Assembly (NCBI GenBank): GCA_033763315.1
Contig: JANRKS010000002.1
Span: 32,001-96,000 of the forward strand
From: Deltaproteobacteria bacterium
Lineage (GTDB): Bacteria > Myxococcota_A > Polyangia > Fen-1088
Length of the DNA stretch: 64,000 nucleotides
Reading direction: 5' to 3'
Under the pieces are notes generated by a model. That model was not told the DNA's origin, made no database searches, and worked only from the letters and a program-made list of their open reading frames with translations. Below, piece by piece: positions 27,658 through 37,262 of the stretch. The stretch's first letter is position 1. Each line of letters opens with the position of its first letter. A program made the translations under genes and the position numbers.

Positions 27658-30642
27658 ATGGCTTTTGTGGGGCGTGTTGCGTGCATTCTAGCCGCGGTGA
27701 TTGCAAGCAAGGCCGCCGTGGCCGCCCCCGCTGCTCCGGCTGACGCTTACGCGGGCCGCGATGTGAAAAGCGTGGACGGCGATTTTCCTACCGTGGGTGC
27801 GATAGCCGCGACGCCGGATGGGTTCTTGTGGCTGGGCGGGCAAACCGCGCTTTGGCGCTTTGACGGGTCGCGGTTTGAAAGAAAGACAGACGATCTGGGT
27901 GAGCCTCCCGAGGCCCGACGGTTTATGGTCTCTCACGACGGCTCATTGTGGATCGCAACCGGCTCTGCGCGCTTGCTGCTATCTCTGGAGAAAGAGGAAT
28001 CGGGCAGCAGTTGGCGGGGTGGCAAGCCCGGCCTGGTGAAGCGATCGCCACAGGGCATCTTCTTGAGATCGCCGCTTGTTGATTTGCTGCCCAATCCTTG
28101 GGTCTGGGCCATGGCGGAGTCGGCCAATGGTCGGCTTTGGTTTGGTACGGAGGGAGGCCTGTTGGCTGTTAATGCCGATGGCAGCGCTCCGAGGGTTTTT
28201 ACAACGCGAGATGGTCTGCCCAACCAGCACATCACTGCCATTACCGTTGACGGCGACAAAACGTGGATCGGGACGATCGATGCGTTGTCGGTCATTGAGC
28301 AAGGGAAGGTTCGCGTTGTGCTTGAAAGATTTCCCGTGGCCACAATTCTCGCACGTCCAAATGGGAGATTGTTTGTGGGAGGGCCAGGCGGCGCGGCCGT
28401 CTTGGACAACGGCGTTCAGACCACGCGGCTTAAGGTCGGATCGGTGAACTGCATGCTGGCAGATGAAGCCGGAAAGATTTGGATCGGAACGGTCTACGAC
28501 TTAAACGTAGTGGACGAAAAGACGCTGGCCACTTCTTTGCCATTGGAGCGGACCATAGGCGTCATGGCCTTGGGACGCGATCGCGATGATGGCCTGTGGG
28601 TGTTCAGCGCTGAACGGGGACTGCTGCGCATGACGCCCACGCCGTCCTTGGCCGTGGCTGCTTTGCACCGCGATGCGATCTTCTCGGTGCTGGCCGCCCG
28701 TGATGGCACGGTGTGGGCCGTGACGATCAAGGGCGTTGTACAGTTGCGCGATGGGCAAGTGGTGTCGCGCTTCGCTCTTGGGCGCGAGATTGGCACCTGG
28801 TCGCCTCGCTCATTGGCGCAGGCACCTGATGATTCGATCATTCTTGTTGGTGGTGGTGCCGTCGCGCGATTCAGTGGAGGCGTTGTCACGCAAGCGCATC
28901 CGTCGGTGGGGCAAGAGCCACTGCACCCAGACACCGTGTTTGTTGATCGCAATGGGGATGCTTGGTTACCCCGCAACCGAAGCGGCGTGGCGCGGTTCGC
29001 GGGCAGTGATTTTTCTCGCGTCAGCGAAACTCTTGGTGTCGAGCAAGGCCTTTGCGAAGCGATGGTGGGCCCCATGGCCGAAGACGCCAGGGGCGTGATG
29101 TGGTTTGGCACGAGGAGTGGACTTGGCCGTTGGGATCCTGTAGGTCGAAAGGGCAAATGCTTCACACGCCGTGATGGCCTTCCTGGCGATGAGATCGCAG
29201 TTATCTACGCGCGCTCGGGTTCAGTGTTGGTTGGCAGCACGCAGCCCGTGGGTCTGGGCGAAATTCGCGGGGAAGAAGCGCATCCGCTGAAGTTGAATGG
29301 TCCGGTGGACACATTGCGGATCTTTGGCGTGAACGAGCACGAGGGTCGGCTCTGGTTCACCTCGGATTTAGGTGTGTATGTGTCTCCACCCGCCGCTGGG
29401 CTGCCAAGCGGCCAAGGTGGCTGGCGGCAGATAACAGCGGAGGATGGCCTGCCGTCGTCAACGAGCATGGCATCGTTTCAGCCGTCATTGGCACGCACAC
29501 CGGACGGGCGATTGTGGATCCCAACGCTATTGGGGCTTGGTGTGTTGAATGCCACCTTGCCCGCAGCGCGACCTATGCCTCGTGTTGTGGTCGAAGAAGT
29601 TCGCGTGGGAGGCAGGCGCGCAGACAACATCAGATCGATTTCATTGTCCCCCGGCAACGCCACCTTTGCGGTCACGTTGGCGGCACCCAATTTTGCGCAC
29701 CCCGATGAATTGATGTTTGAAACGCGCATGGAAGGGTTGGAAACAGGGTGGAGCCCACGCGGCAGCGGTCGAGAGATCGCCTACGCTGGGCTTGCGCCGG
29801 GCCGCTACGCTTTTGCCGCGCGCCTGGTAAACCGCAACACCGGTACAACGGGAAAGCCTATCCACATTCCCGTGGTTGCCGTGCCGTGGTGGTGGCAAAC
29901 GCTTTGGTTTAAGGTCGTGGCCTCCGTGGTTCTGGCATCTGTGATCGCCACGGCCTTCATTCTACGGGGCCGCCGCATCCGCGCTCAGTTTCTGGCCATT
30001 GCGCAAGAGCGGGCGCGCATTGCGAGAGATCTGCACGATGGGTTGGCCCAAGGCTTCACCTCAATCACACTGTTTGTGGATTCCGCGATTCTTGAATTGC
30101 AAAAGCAAGATCCAGAACCACGCACGAGCAAAGCGGCCCAAATTCTTGGCGCCACAAAAGGGATCATTGATCAATGCCACCGCGAGGTGCGGCAAGCGGT
30201 GTTCAACTTGCGCGCGCAGGAGATGGGGCGCGTATCAGTTGAGGAAGCCATCGCGCGGGTGATCGATTCTGCTCGTAAGGCATCGGCGGTTGAGATTTCC
30301 TTCGTGGCGCGCGGCAAGCACATGCGAGAAGCCGCAGACGCTCGGTTAGAGCAAGAGCTCCCGATGGTGGTGCAGGAAGCGATTTCAAACGCTTTGAGCC
30401 ACGGAAAAGCCGAAAAAATCACGGTCAAACTGGAAAATATGGATCACGTCGTCAGGCTTGAAATCCACGACAATGGCCATGGCATCTCCGATGAAGCGCT
30501 GGGGGCGAGCGGGCAACCCAACGCGGGATTTGGTCTTGTAGGAATGACCGAGCGTGCCGCAAGGGTGGGTGGGAAACTTACGGTGCAAAGAGCGCCTGAA
30601 GGCGGTACAACAGTGTCGCTCACCGCTGAACGAAACCGATGA
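27658..30642 (+). CDS. Sensor histidine kinase with periplasmic beta-propeller + Y_Y_Y domain and HisKA_3 transmitter
   Basis: Signal peptide from ATG 27658; repeated G.LW.GT..GL and DGLP motifs; Y..L.PGRY.F; TM after PWWWQT.WF; ERARIARDLHDGLAQG; GFGLVGM.ERA. Confidence 0.9.
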   Translation: MAFVGRVACILAAVIASKAAVAAPAAPADAYAGRDVKSVDGDFPTVGAIAATPDGFLWLGGQTALWRFDGSRFERKTDDLGEPPEARRFMVSHDGSLWIATGSARLLLSLEKEESGSSWRGGKPGLVKRSPQGIFLRSPLVDLLPNPWVWAMAESANGRLWFGTEGGLLAVNADGSAPRVFTTRDGLPNQHITAITVDGDKTWIGTIDALSVIEQGKVRVVLERFPVATILARPNGRLFVGGPGGAAVLDNGVQTTRLKVGSVNCMLADEAGKIWIGTVYDLNVVDEKTLATSLPLERTIGVMALGRDRDDGLWVFSAERGLLRMTPTPSLAVAALHRDAIFSVLAARDGTVWAVTIKGVVQLRDGQVVSRFALGREIGTWSPRSLAQAPDDSIILVGGGAVARFSGGVVTQAHPSVGQEPLHPDTVFVDRNGDAWLPRNRSGVARFAGSDFSRVSETLGVEQGLCEAMVGPMAEDARGVMWFGTRSGLGRWDPVGRKGKCFTRRDGLPGDEIAVIYARSGSVLVGSTQPVGLGEIRGEEAHPLKLNGPVDTLRIFGVNEHEGRLWFTSDLGVYVSPPAAGLPSGQGGWRQITAEDGLPSSTSMASFQPSLARTPDGRLWIPTLLGLGVLNATLPAARPMPRVVVEEVRVGGRRADNIRSISLSPGNATFAVTLAAPNFAHPDELMFETRMEGLETGWSPRGSGREIAYAGLAPGRYAFAARLVNRNTGTTGKPIHIPVVAVPWWWQTLWFKVVASVVLASVIATAFILRGRRIRAQFLAIAQERARIARDLHDGLAQGFTSITLFVDSAILELQKQDPEPRTSKAAQILGATKGIIDQCHREVRQAVFNLRAQEMGRVSVEEAIARVIDSARKASAVEISFVARGKHMREAADARLEQELPMVVQEAISNALSHGKAEKITVKLENMDHVVRLEIHDNGHGISDEALGASGQPNAGFGLVGMTERAARVGGKLTVQRAPEGGTTVSLTAERNR

Positions 30643-31265
30643 CCAACGCGATCACTGTTTTAATCATCGACGACAACCAGCTTGCACGGATGGGCGTTGC
30701 CATGCTGTTGTCCACTCAAGACGACGTCAAACTTGTGGGCGAGGCTGCTGATGGCCCCAGCGGGCTTAAGCTTTACCAGGAGGTCAAACCGAATGTCGCT
30801 TTGGTTGATCTGCGTTTGCCGAATATGGATGGCGTCGCCGTGCTCGAAGCCATTCGCCGATTGGATCCGCACGCTCGCTGCCTCGTTTTGTCTCACTACG
30901 AAGGCGACGAGAACATTTTCCGTGCCTTAAAAGCAGGCGCGGGTGGTTACCTGACAAAGCAGGCCTCGGGACCGGAGATTCTCAATGCGATTCGGGCGGT
31001 GTTCGCGGGCAAACGATATCTACCGCCCGAGATTGCCTCGCAACTTGCCGATCGCTTTGGGCAGTCGGAACTCACAAAGCGCGAACAAGAAGTTCTCGTG
31101 CAAGTGTCTGAAGGCAAATCAAACCGAGCGATCGCAGACCTTCTGCAGATCTCGGACCGCACCGTCGCCACCTATGTGAGCGCGATCATGGCGAAGTTGC
31201 AGGCCAAGAGCCGGACCGAAGCGGTCAGCCGCGCGCGCACGCGCGGGCTGATCCCGAAAGACTAG
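30639..31265 (+). CDS. NarL/LuxR-family response regulator
   Basis: REC (IIDD, VDLRLP, GYLTK) plus HTH LTKREQEVL...G.SN..IA..L.IS..TV; ATGA overlap with the kinase. Confidence 0.95.
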   Translation: MTNAITVLIIDDNQLARMGVAMLLSTQDDVKLVGEAADGPSGLKLYQEVKPNVALVDLRLPNMDGVAVLEAIRRLDPHARCLVLSHYEGDENIFRALKAGAGGYLTKQASGPEILNAIRAVFAGKRYLPPEIASQLADRFGQSELTKREQEVLVQVSEGKSNRAIADLLQISDRTVATYVSAIMAKLQAKSRTEAVSRARTRGLIPKD

Positions 31266-31274
31266 CGATGTTCT

Positions 31275-32819
31275 TCAAGTGAGAAACGGCAGTGGCTGAC
31301 TGGCCGAGCTGAAGACGATTGGATCGTGCTTTGCAAATTGGGCATCCCAACTGGAAAAGCCCACGCCCATGCAGCCAAAACCAGAGTTCGGATCGTTGTG
31401 ATAATCGATTTCCGAAGGCGAAAGCCCTAAGGCCGTGGCGACGGTGAACAGATATTGATTGTAGGTCAGGCCCACATAGTCAGAGAGCTCGCGGGCCTCT
31501 AACTTGAGCTTTCGCGCCGGTGTCTTATTGCGATAGTCGCAAAACAGGCCAGTCTTCAGATTGCCGCCCGCACCACCTAAAGTGACCACGGGTAAGTTGA
31601 TTGAGTTGTGCGTGCTTACGCCGCACTCACTCGTTTGCATGAGGAGGGCGTTGTCGAGGAACGTTTGCCCTGGGACCTCTTCGACATCCAGTCGACGCGC
31701 GAGTTCCAACAGAATGTTGTCGAACACCCACCGGTGGTGGAGCACCACCTTCTCCCGCAAAGCGGTCACGTCGCCCGATGCTTCTGAGATCGTGTGAGCT
31801 TCGGTATGCCAATCGTTCTCGGTGTGGGGCAGGAACGACATGATGCGGGCGCAACCGATCGATGAGGCTCCGCAAATCATACCGGCAGCGGCAACTTCAA
31901 CCAACGCTCGGTAGCGATCTGCCGATGTGTTGACGAAACTGGGGTCGCCGGGACGCGTACAAGAAATTGAAGAAGACAAAGAGCTGGCCACATCGGACAA
32001 CATCGACATGTGCGCTTCAAGCCTGTCTTTGTCTGCTGCCGAAATGCGTCGGTTGCTTTGTTTGAGCCGCCGGTAATCCTCAATGACGGCATCGATGAAG
32101 GGCTTCTTCGTTGTCGGGTCAACGGCATTGGTGCCGAACAGATTCTGAAACAGGGTTTTGGGGTCGAAGTCGTTTGCGGTGGGCACCCTCACCACGGGGC
32201 CCGATCGGCTCGTGGGGTTCTGGTAAGCCCAACGCATCGTGCTGCTGTATTCGCCAAAGAGGAACGATCGCTGGGCGGGCGCGCGGCGGTAGAAATTGGG
32301 CGAATAGGCAAGCGCATAGTCAATCGTGGGATTCGGCGCAATGTTCTTTACAGTGGCGGTTGTGGGTGGCTTGTTTTCGGCGATGAACGAAAACGTGGCG
32401 TAGTAGTTGCCCAGCGCCATGCCTTCGTTGTGGCCGACGTACCAAGGGACGTCGAGGCCAGCAAGAACGTTCATCTTGCCTACGAGTTTGTCCGTAAGCC
32501 GGCTGCTGGGCGCGCGCAGCCAGTCTGAAACATAGGCATCGCCGCCAGCGAGCTTGCGAACGAGCTTTCCCGATCGCGCGTCGTGCCCCGGGAAGATCGT
32601 CTTTGTTTCGGTCAAGGTGTCGAGGCTTGGCAGAACGTTTTCCGGATACATCATCCCGTGCGAGTTGCGCACGCAGAAGAAGCGCTTTTGTGTCGTGAAA
32701 CCCGGCGCGCCAAGCGCTCTGCCGGGGATTAACGACGGAAGAAACGGTAATCCGATCGTTACGCCGCCGAGGCCGCGCAGCACTTGTCGACGGGTGGCAT
32801 CAATTGGCTTGAAGTTCAT
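31275..32819 (-). CDS. DUF1552 Tat-exported protein, copy 4
   Basis: TRRQVLRGLGGVTIGLPFLPSL; TIDY, DKDRLEAHM, WHTEAH, TFLDNAL, THNS.NLPV. Confidence 0.88.
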   Translation of the reverse strand: MNFKPIDATRRQVLRGLGGVTIGLPFLPSLIPGRALGAPGFTTQKRFFCVRNSHGMMYPENVLPSLDTLTETKTIFPGHDARSGKLVRKLAGGDAYVSDWLRAPSSRLTDKLVGKMNVLAGLDVPWYVGHNEGMALGNYYATFSFIAENKPPTTATVKNIAPNPTIDYALAYSPNFYRRAPAQRSFLFGEYSSTMRWAYQNPTSRSGPVVRVPTANDFDPKTLFQNLFGTNAVDPTTKKPFIDAVIEDYRRLKQSNRRISAADKDRLEAHMSMLSDVASSLSSSISCTRPGDPSFVNTSADRYRALVEVAAAGMICGASSIGCARIMSFLPHTENDWHTEAHTISEASGDVTALREKVVLHHRWVFDNILLELARRLDVEEVPGQTFLDNALLMQTSECGVSTHNSINLPVVTLGGAGGNLKTGLFCDYRNKTPARKLKLEARELSDYVGLTYNQYLFTVATALGLSPSEIDYHNDPNSGFGCMGVGFSSWDAQFAKHDPIVFSSASQPLPFLT

Positions 32820-34666
32820 TGAAATACGCGCTCCCTAAACGAAGGCTGCGAAACAGCGGTCACCAACATGTCTCGAAGTGTTTTTCCCTCCATAAGGCTC
32901 TTGCGCAGGCTCTCTAATTGGCAACCATCCCTATCGTCCACCTCTCTGCGTCTGTTCAAGAACCGGAAGTATTGCCTGGCCAAGGAAACCTCAAGCTTTC
33001 CGCTTGAGGCAATGGCATCTGCCAGATCAGCTGCCCCTGCCACGCTTACATTGTCCGCGTGGATTTGCGCATCGGTTTTGGTGTTGATCTCGGGCGTGGC
33101 AACCACTTTGCCTGCGCCGTCAAGCACCGTTTCCTTGGTACGAATGCGGCCCAAGGCATCGAACCCTTCAAGGGCAAAGCCCAGCGGGTTGATGAACGTC
33201 AGGTGGCAGGATGCACACACGGGACGTGACTCGGTGATGCTTGCGATGCGCTCTCGGGTGGATGCCGTCGCAGGAATCGTCGTCGCTTCCATCTGCGCAA
33301 TGGCGTTCGCGTTGTCAGGTGGCGGCGGCAGCGCGTCGCCGAGGATTTGCACCCGCACAAACGTTCCGCGCAAGATCGGATGGGTTTCCACCGTGGGCGT
33401 GGCAAGCAACGCCACCCTTGTAAGCAGGCCTGGGCGTTCGGCAAGCCTGGGGACGTCTGACTTGCCATCCCAGACCGATACGCCATAGAGACGAGCCAGC
33501 GCGGCGTCTTTGGCAAAGACACGCGTGTCTTTCATCAACGCTTGCGGTGAAGCAGGGTTAACCAAGAACAGATCGCGCGCCAAAGCCAAAACATCGTCTA
33601 TCGCCGCCTGACGTAGGGTCATCGTTAGCAATGCGCCATCCGCAGCCGCAAAGCTCTGATACCGCGATTCCTGCTTCAAAGAATCAAACCTGGGCACGTC
33701 GTTGAGCAGCAGCCAGTCTGAAACGAATTCATCAATGACTGGCAGCGCCTTGGGATCGGCCAGCATGCGCTTGACCTGCGCATCGTAAGTGGCCTCCTCC
33801 AGAAGCTTTCCGCTTGTGGCCGCCTCCCAAAGCTCGTCGTCGGGGATGGTATTCCAAAGTTGCAAGGCCAAACGGGAAGCGAGCTCCGTCGCCGTTAGGG
33901 CGCTTTGCCCTGGGCCTGGGCTGGAATTTTCCGTTCCTGATTCAATCGTGTAGAAGAAATCAGGACTGGCAAACAAGATCCCGATGAGCTGGGCGAGAGC
34001 CGTGGCATCCAGGGCCTTCGCGGTGTATTTGCTCATGTAGAACGTTTCGTCATCTGCCGTGAGCGGTCGTCGCAACAATCGAGGACCCACGCGGCGAAGG
34101 AACTCAAGCACGCAAGGTTTTGTGTCTGCCGCGGCGGCGCAATCACCCAGCAACGCACCCACGCGAGCGTCTGTGGTTAACGCTAGACCCACGGCCTCCG
34201 CCGTACGATAAGAGGCGGCAACCAACTCCGTGACGACACCCAAGTCCATGCGACGATATAGCCCTCGCGTCTTTGAACCTGCCGCGGGCGCAACATCAGA
34301 GGGCCAGGTGGAAAGAGCCGACGCCACTTCAGCCTGGGCGGCCCCGGCGAGATCAGGCTTCTGCAGGGCCATGGCAATCAGGTCATTGACCACGTTCTTT
34401 ACTTGCGTGGCGCTCAAGCGTCGCAGCGGCGTGTCGAGCGGTGAAGCTTTGGAATCGCATTGGAATGCCAGGTCCGCCGCACTGGCTGCGCCCCCTTGGC
34501 CGCCGCTGTCGCTGCCGGCACTGTTTCCAGCGACGTCCGCGCCGCCGTTACCTCCGGTGGCATCGCTGCCGTCGTTGCTCACCGATCCTGTGCAAGCGAT
34601 GGGGATAAAACTCAATAACAGGCCGGCCAACAGCAGCGATCGAGAAGGGGGGTCTTGGTGCATCAT
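32816..34666 (-). CDS. DUF1592/DUF1588 haem-c lipoprotein, copy 4
   Basis: GGAGG RBS; lipobox PIA-C; LRRLS, ELASRLA..LW...PD, RPGLLTR, THPILRG, CASCH, INPLGFALEGFD. Confidence 0.88.
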   Translation of the reverse strand: MMHQDPPSRSLLLAGLLLSFIPIACTGSVSNDGSDATGGNGGADVAGNSAGSDSGGQGGAASAADLAFQCDSKASPLDTPLRRLSATQVKNVVNDLIAMALQKPDLAGAAQAEVASALSTWPSDVAPAAGSKTRGLYRRMDLGVVTELVAASYRTAEAVGLALTTDARVGALLGDCAAAADTKPCVLEFLRRVGPRLLRRPLTADDETFYMSKYTAKALDATALAQLIGILFASPDFFYTIESGTENSSPGPGQSALTATELASRLALQLWNTIPDDELWEAATSGKLLEEATYDAQVKRMLADPKALPVIDEFVSDWLLLNDVPRFDSLKQESRYQSFAAADGALLTMTLRQAAIDDVLALARDLFLVNPASPQALMKDTRVFAKDAALARLYGVSVWDGKSDVPRLAERPGLLTRVALLATPTVETHPILRGTFVRVQILGDALPPPPDNANAIAQMEATTIPATASTRERIASITESRPVCASCHLTFINPLGFALEGFDALGRIRTKETVLDGAGKVVATPEINTKTDAQIHADNVSVAGAADLADAIASSGKLEVSLARQYFRFLNRRREVDDRDGCQLESLRKSLMEGKTLRDMLVTAVSQPSFRERVFQ

Positions 34667-34759
34667 AACCTCCGTAGGTGGCCGTCAAACAGACATTCGG
34701 CCTTTCTAGAAGGTAGGTGAACGGCAACCTTTCCCCATGGTTCGAAACATGATCGACGT

Positions 34760-34779
34760 TCTCTGTATAAATACGGAGA
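34760..34779. promoter_or_regulatory. Near-perfect 20-bp palindrome TCTCTGTATAAATACGGAGA, candidate operator
   Basis: AT-centred inverted repeat in the divergent intergenic region, about 95 bp upstream of DUF1592 copy 4. Confidence 0.45.
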
Positions 34780-34997
34780 CGCGGTGCTTTGGGCGGTGGC
34801 TGCATGCCTCTGCGGGGATTCCTCAAAGTCACGGTGGCCTCAAACGGGGCTGTGCGAAGTTTGGGTGCTGGACTCACTGGGTCTCGTGGTACTCCTTTTT
34901 GACGGTTGGCTGAGCGCCCCTATGGGTTCTTTGGGATGGGTCTTGTGCGAGGGCTGAACTCGGTCGGATCAAACAAAGTGCCTTGGAGACCTATTGA

Positions 34998-35513
34998 ATG
35001 CGATCAATGATATTTGCGGGTCTGATGCTGTTGCTATCCGACGGGTGTGACTCGGGAGGCAATGCGGCTAGCGGTCAACTACGTCCGCCCGATGAAGCCA
35101 ACCTCGCGAAGTTCAAGCAGTGCTATCCCGAGTGTTTCGCGGTGATTCTGGCACAGCAGGGGTGCGTGCCCGCAGGGGCGTGCATGACCCAAGCAGGAAA
35201 AGGGGTCTGCTACGACAACGGGGTGCGACTCCTGTTCTCGTCACAAGCCGGCGTGCTACAGCAACGCACGGTTACCAAGGATGGCGCCACTTGCTACATC
35301 AACCAGTTCTCACCTGACGCGACGACGGTGAAGGTGGTCGATGCGGCCGGCGCCCCGCTGGCACAAATCGTTAGTCCGTCGGGGCAGAAACGTATGCAAA
35401 TCACGTGCGGCAACGGTGAAACCTTTGACGTCGATACGAGCTCGGAAGCCTGCTCGGCAGCGAACGCCATCGAAGGTGCCGCCGCCGGTTGCTCGACTGG
35501 CACTTGCCAGTAG
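34998..35513 (+). CDS. Small Cys-rich lipoprotein, unknown function
   Basis: GGAG RBS; hydrophobic signal ending SDG-C; many Cys including terminal CSTGTCQ. Confidence 0.65.
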   Translation: MRSMIFAGLMLLLSDGCDSGGNAASGQLRPPDEANLAKFKQCYPECFAVILAQQGCVPAGACMTQAGKGVCYDNGVRLLFSSQAGVLQQRTVTKDGATCYINQFSPDATTVKVVDAAGAPLAQIVSPSGQKRMQITCGNGETFDVDTSSEACSAANAIEGAAAGCSTGTCQ

Positions 35514-35555
35514 GAGCTCAGTTGCGGTGTTCCCATGGAACGACGAAAGCGCGTG

Positions 35556-36269
35556 CTAGGGGTCGCGGCCGTGGGCAACCGCCTGCGTGCGCAACTCATT
35601 GATGAGGCGGTACCATTGCGCGGGCGGACGATCGAGGAAGGGTTGATTGATGCGCGTCCAGGTTCTTGCCTGCGGTGCGAGCTCGCCCAAGCAGCCGCCT
35701 TGGGGCCGGTTGTGTTCGATGCCACCGTAACAAGTTGGAAGAAATTTTTCGTAGCGTTGGCGTTCGTAATCTGAAAGTTCCGCCATCGACATGGTGAACC
35801 TTAAAGGTGGCAAATGTTCGCGTCGCAGAGGCGCCGGCTGCGTCTCTCCCGTAAAGCTGAAGTAGTCATGCCGCGACAGTTGGCTGATGGGCCGGCTGGC
35901 TTCCGCGTACAAACGCGCGCGCCCACGCGTGGGCGAGTAAAAGTCGATCCTTACGGCCTTGCCTTCTTTGACGCTGCAATACACGTCGACCACGATCACC
36001 CGTCCATTCTGATAGGCACAGGCGTATGAGCGTTGAATGCCTTGCCACGGCCCCGTCCCGATGTGCTGAAGTGGCGCCAAAAGGGCATCTGCGAGCGCCT
36101 CCTCAAGCGTATAAAGTGCAGCCGAGGCCGTGGCGTCTGGTGGCGGGGAAGCCGCGGCGGTGGGCGGCGGCAAAGGCGCGATGTTTGAAGATGGTGGCGC
36201 CGGCCGTTGAGCCACTACGCATGCCGATGTGAGGCACGCTATCCCTACGATCAGTCGCAGACGACCCAT
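35556..36269 (-). CDS. Hypothetical lipoprotein
   Basis: ATG 36269 MGRLRLIVGIACLTSA-C, Pro linker, globular domain with paired Cys. Confidence 0.6.
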   Translation of the reverse strand: MGRLRLIVGIACLTSACVVAQRPAPPSSNIAPLPPPTAAASPPPDATASAALYTLEEALADALLAPLQHIGTGPWQGIQRSYACAYQNGRVIVVDVYCSVKEGKAVRIDFYSPTRGRARLYAEASRPISQLSRHDYFSFTGETQPAPLRREHLPPLRFTMSMAELSDYERQRYEKFLPTCYGGIEHNRPQGGCLGELAPQARTWTRINQPFLDRPPAQWYRLINELRTQAVAHGRDP

Positions 36270-36392
36270 CTGGAGATTGTAGGCGCGGTGGAGTGCATTT
36301 TCCAAATCGCTCGTGTGGTCGTGCCGGCGGAAATGTCCTCGGTTTCTGTCGAGGCTTGAGCTTGGGGGGAAATCCAGGTCTTCAACGCGCCA

Positions 36393-37262
36393 TCATCCGC
36401 CTTCAGACGCGAGCTTGAAGATCGCGCTGTGGTCTAAATCGCCATCGCCTTGAGCAATGAGTTGAGCAAACTGGCGCCGCATCAAGTGCAGCAATGGCGC
36501 CTCCAACCCGAGGGTTCGGGCCACCGCGGAGGCGGCTTCTAGATCCTTCACCTGGTTGGTGATGGTTCCACCAGGCGCGAAGTTGCCTTGCAACATGCGC
36601 TCGCCATGTTCTTGAAGAATGCGGCTGTCCGCGAATCCACCCGCCAACGCGTCGCGAACCGCTTTCGGATCCGCGCCTGCACGCCGAACGAAGGCTAGCG
36701 CTTCCGCCACGCCTCCAAGAGTGATGGCCACGATCAACTGATTGGCGAGCTTGGCGATCTGACCCATGCCGTTGGGCCCCACGTGAACCGGGCGGCCCAT
36801 TGACGTCAACAGGGGACGCATGCGCGCAAAAAACTCCGCATGGCCTCCCGCCATAATGGCAAGCGTGCCGGCGGCGGCGCCCTTGGTGCCACCTGAGACC
36901 GGTGCATCCAAGGCAGCGATGCCCAAGGTTTGCAATCGCCGCGCGTGCTCGATCGCCGCGTCGGGCGCGATCGAACTCATATCGATGACCGTTGCGTCTG
37001 CGGGCAATGCGGATGCCACGCCCGTCTCGAACAGCACGTGCGCCACAGCATGTGCATCGGTGAGCATGGTGATCAGAACGTCAGAATGTGACGCCAGCGC
37101 GGCGGGGCTGTCGAAGAAGATCGCCCCGGCGTTCACCAGTGGCGCGCACTTGTGGGGTGATCGGTTCCAAACCTGCACACGATGACCTGCGGCGAGAAGG
37201 TTTGCCGCCATGGGAAGACCCATGCGACCTATGCCGATAAAGCCGATGCTCCGCGGGTTCAT
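36393..37262 (-). CDS. Beta-hydroxyacid dehydrogenase (2-hydroxy-3-oxopropionate reductase / MmsB family)
   Basis: GFIGIGRMGLPMA, DMSS, LDAPVSGG..GA, KLANQ, GGFADSRIL..HG.RM, KDL. Confidence 0.9.
   Translation of the reverse strand: MNPRSIGFIGIGRMGLPMAANLLAAGHRVQVWNRSPHKCAPLVNAGAIFFDSPAALASHSDVLITMLTDAHAVAHVLFETGVASALPADATVIDMSSIAPDAAIEHARRLQTLGIAALDAPVSGGTKGAAAGTLAIMAGGHAEFFARMRPLLTSMGRPVHVGPNGMGQIAKLANQLIVAITLGGVAEALAFVRRAGADPKAVRDALAGGFADSRILQEHGERMLQGNFAPGGTITNQVKDLEAASAVARTLGLEAPLLHLMRRQFAQLIAQGDGDLDHSAIFKLASEGG

Noticed and set aside
34763-34776. LexA SOS box (CTGT...ACGG)
   Set aside because: The spacing is 6 rather than 8 and the right half-site is imperfect; kept only as an unassigned palindrome.
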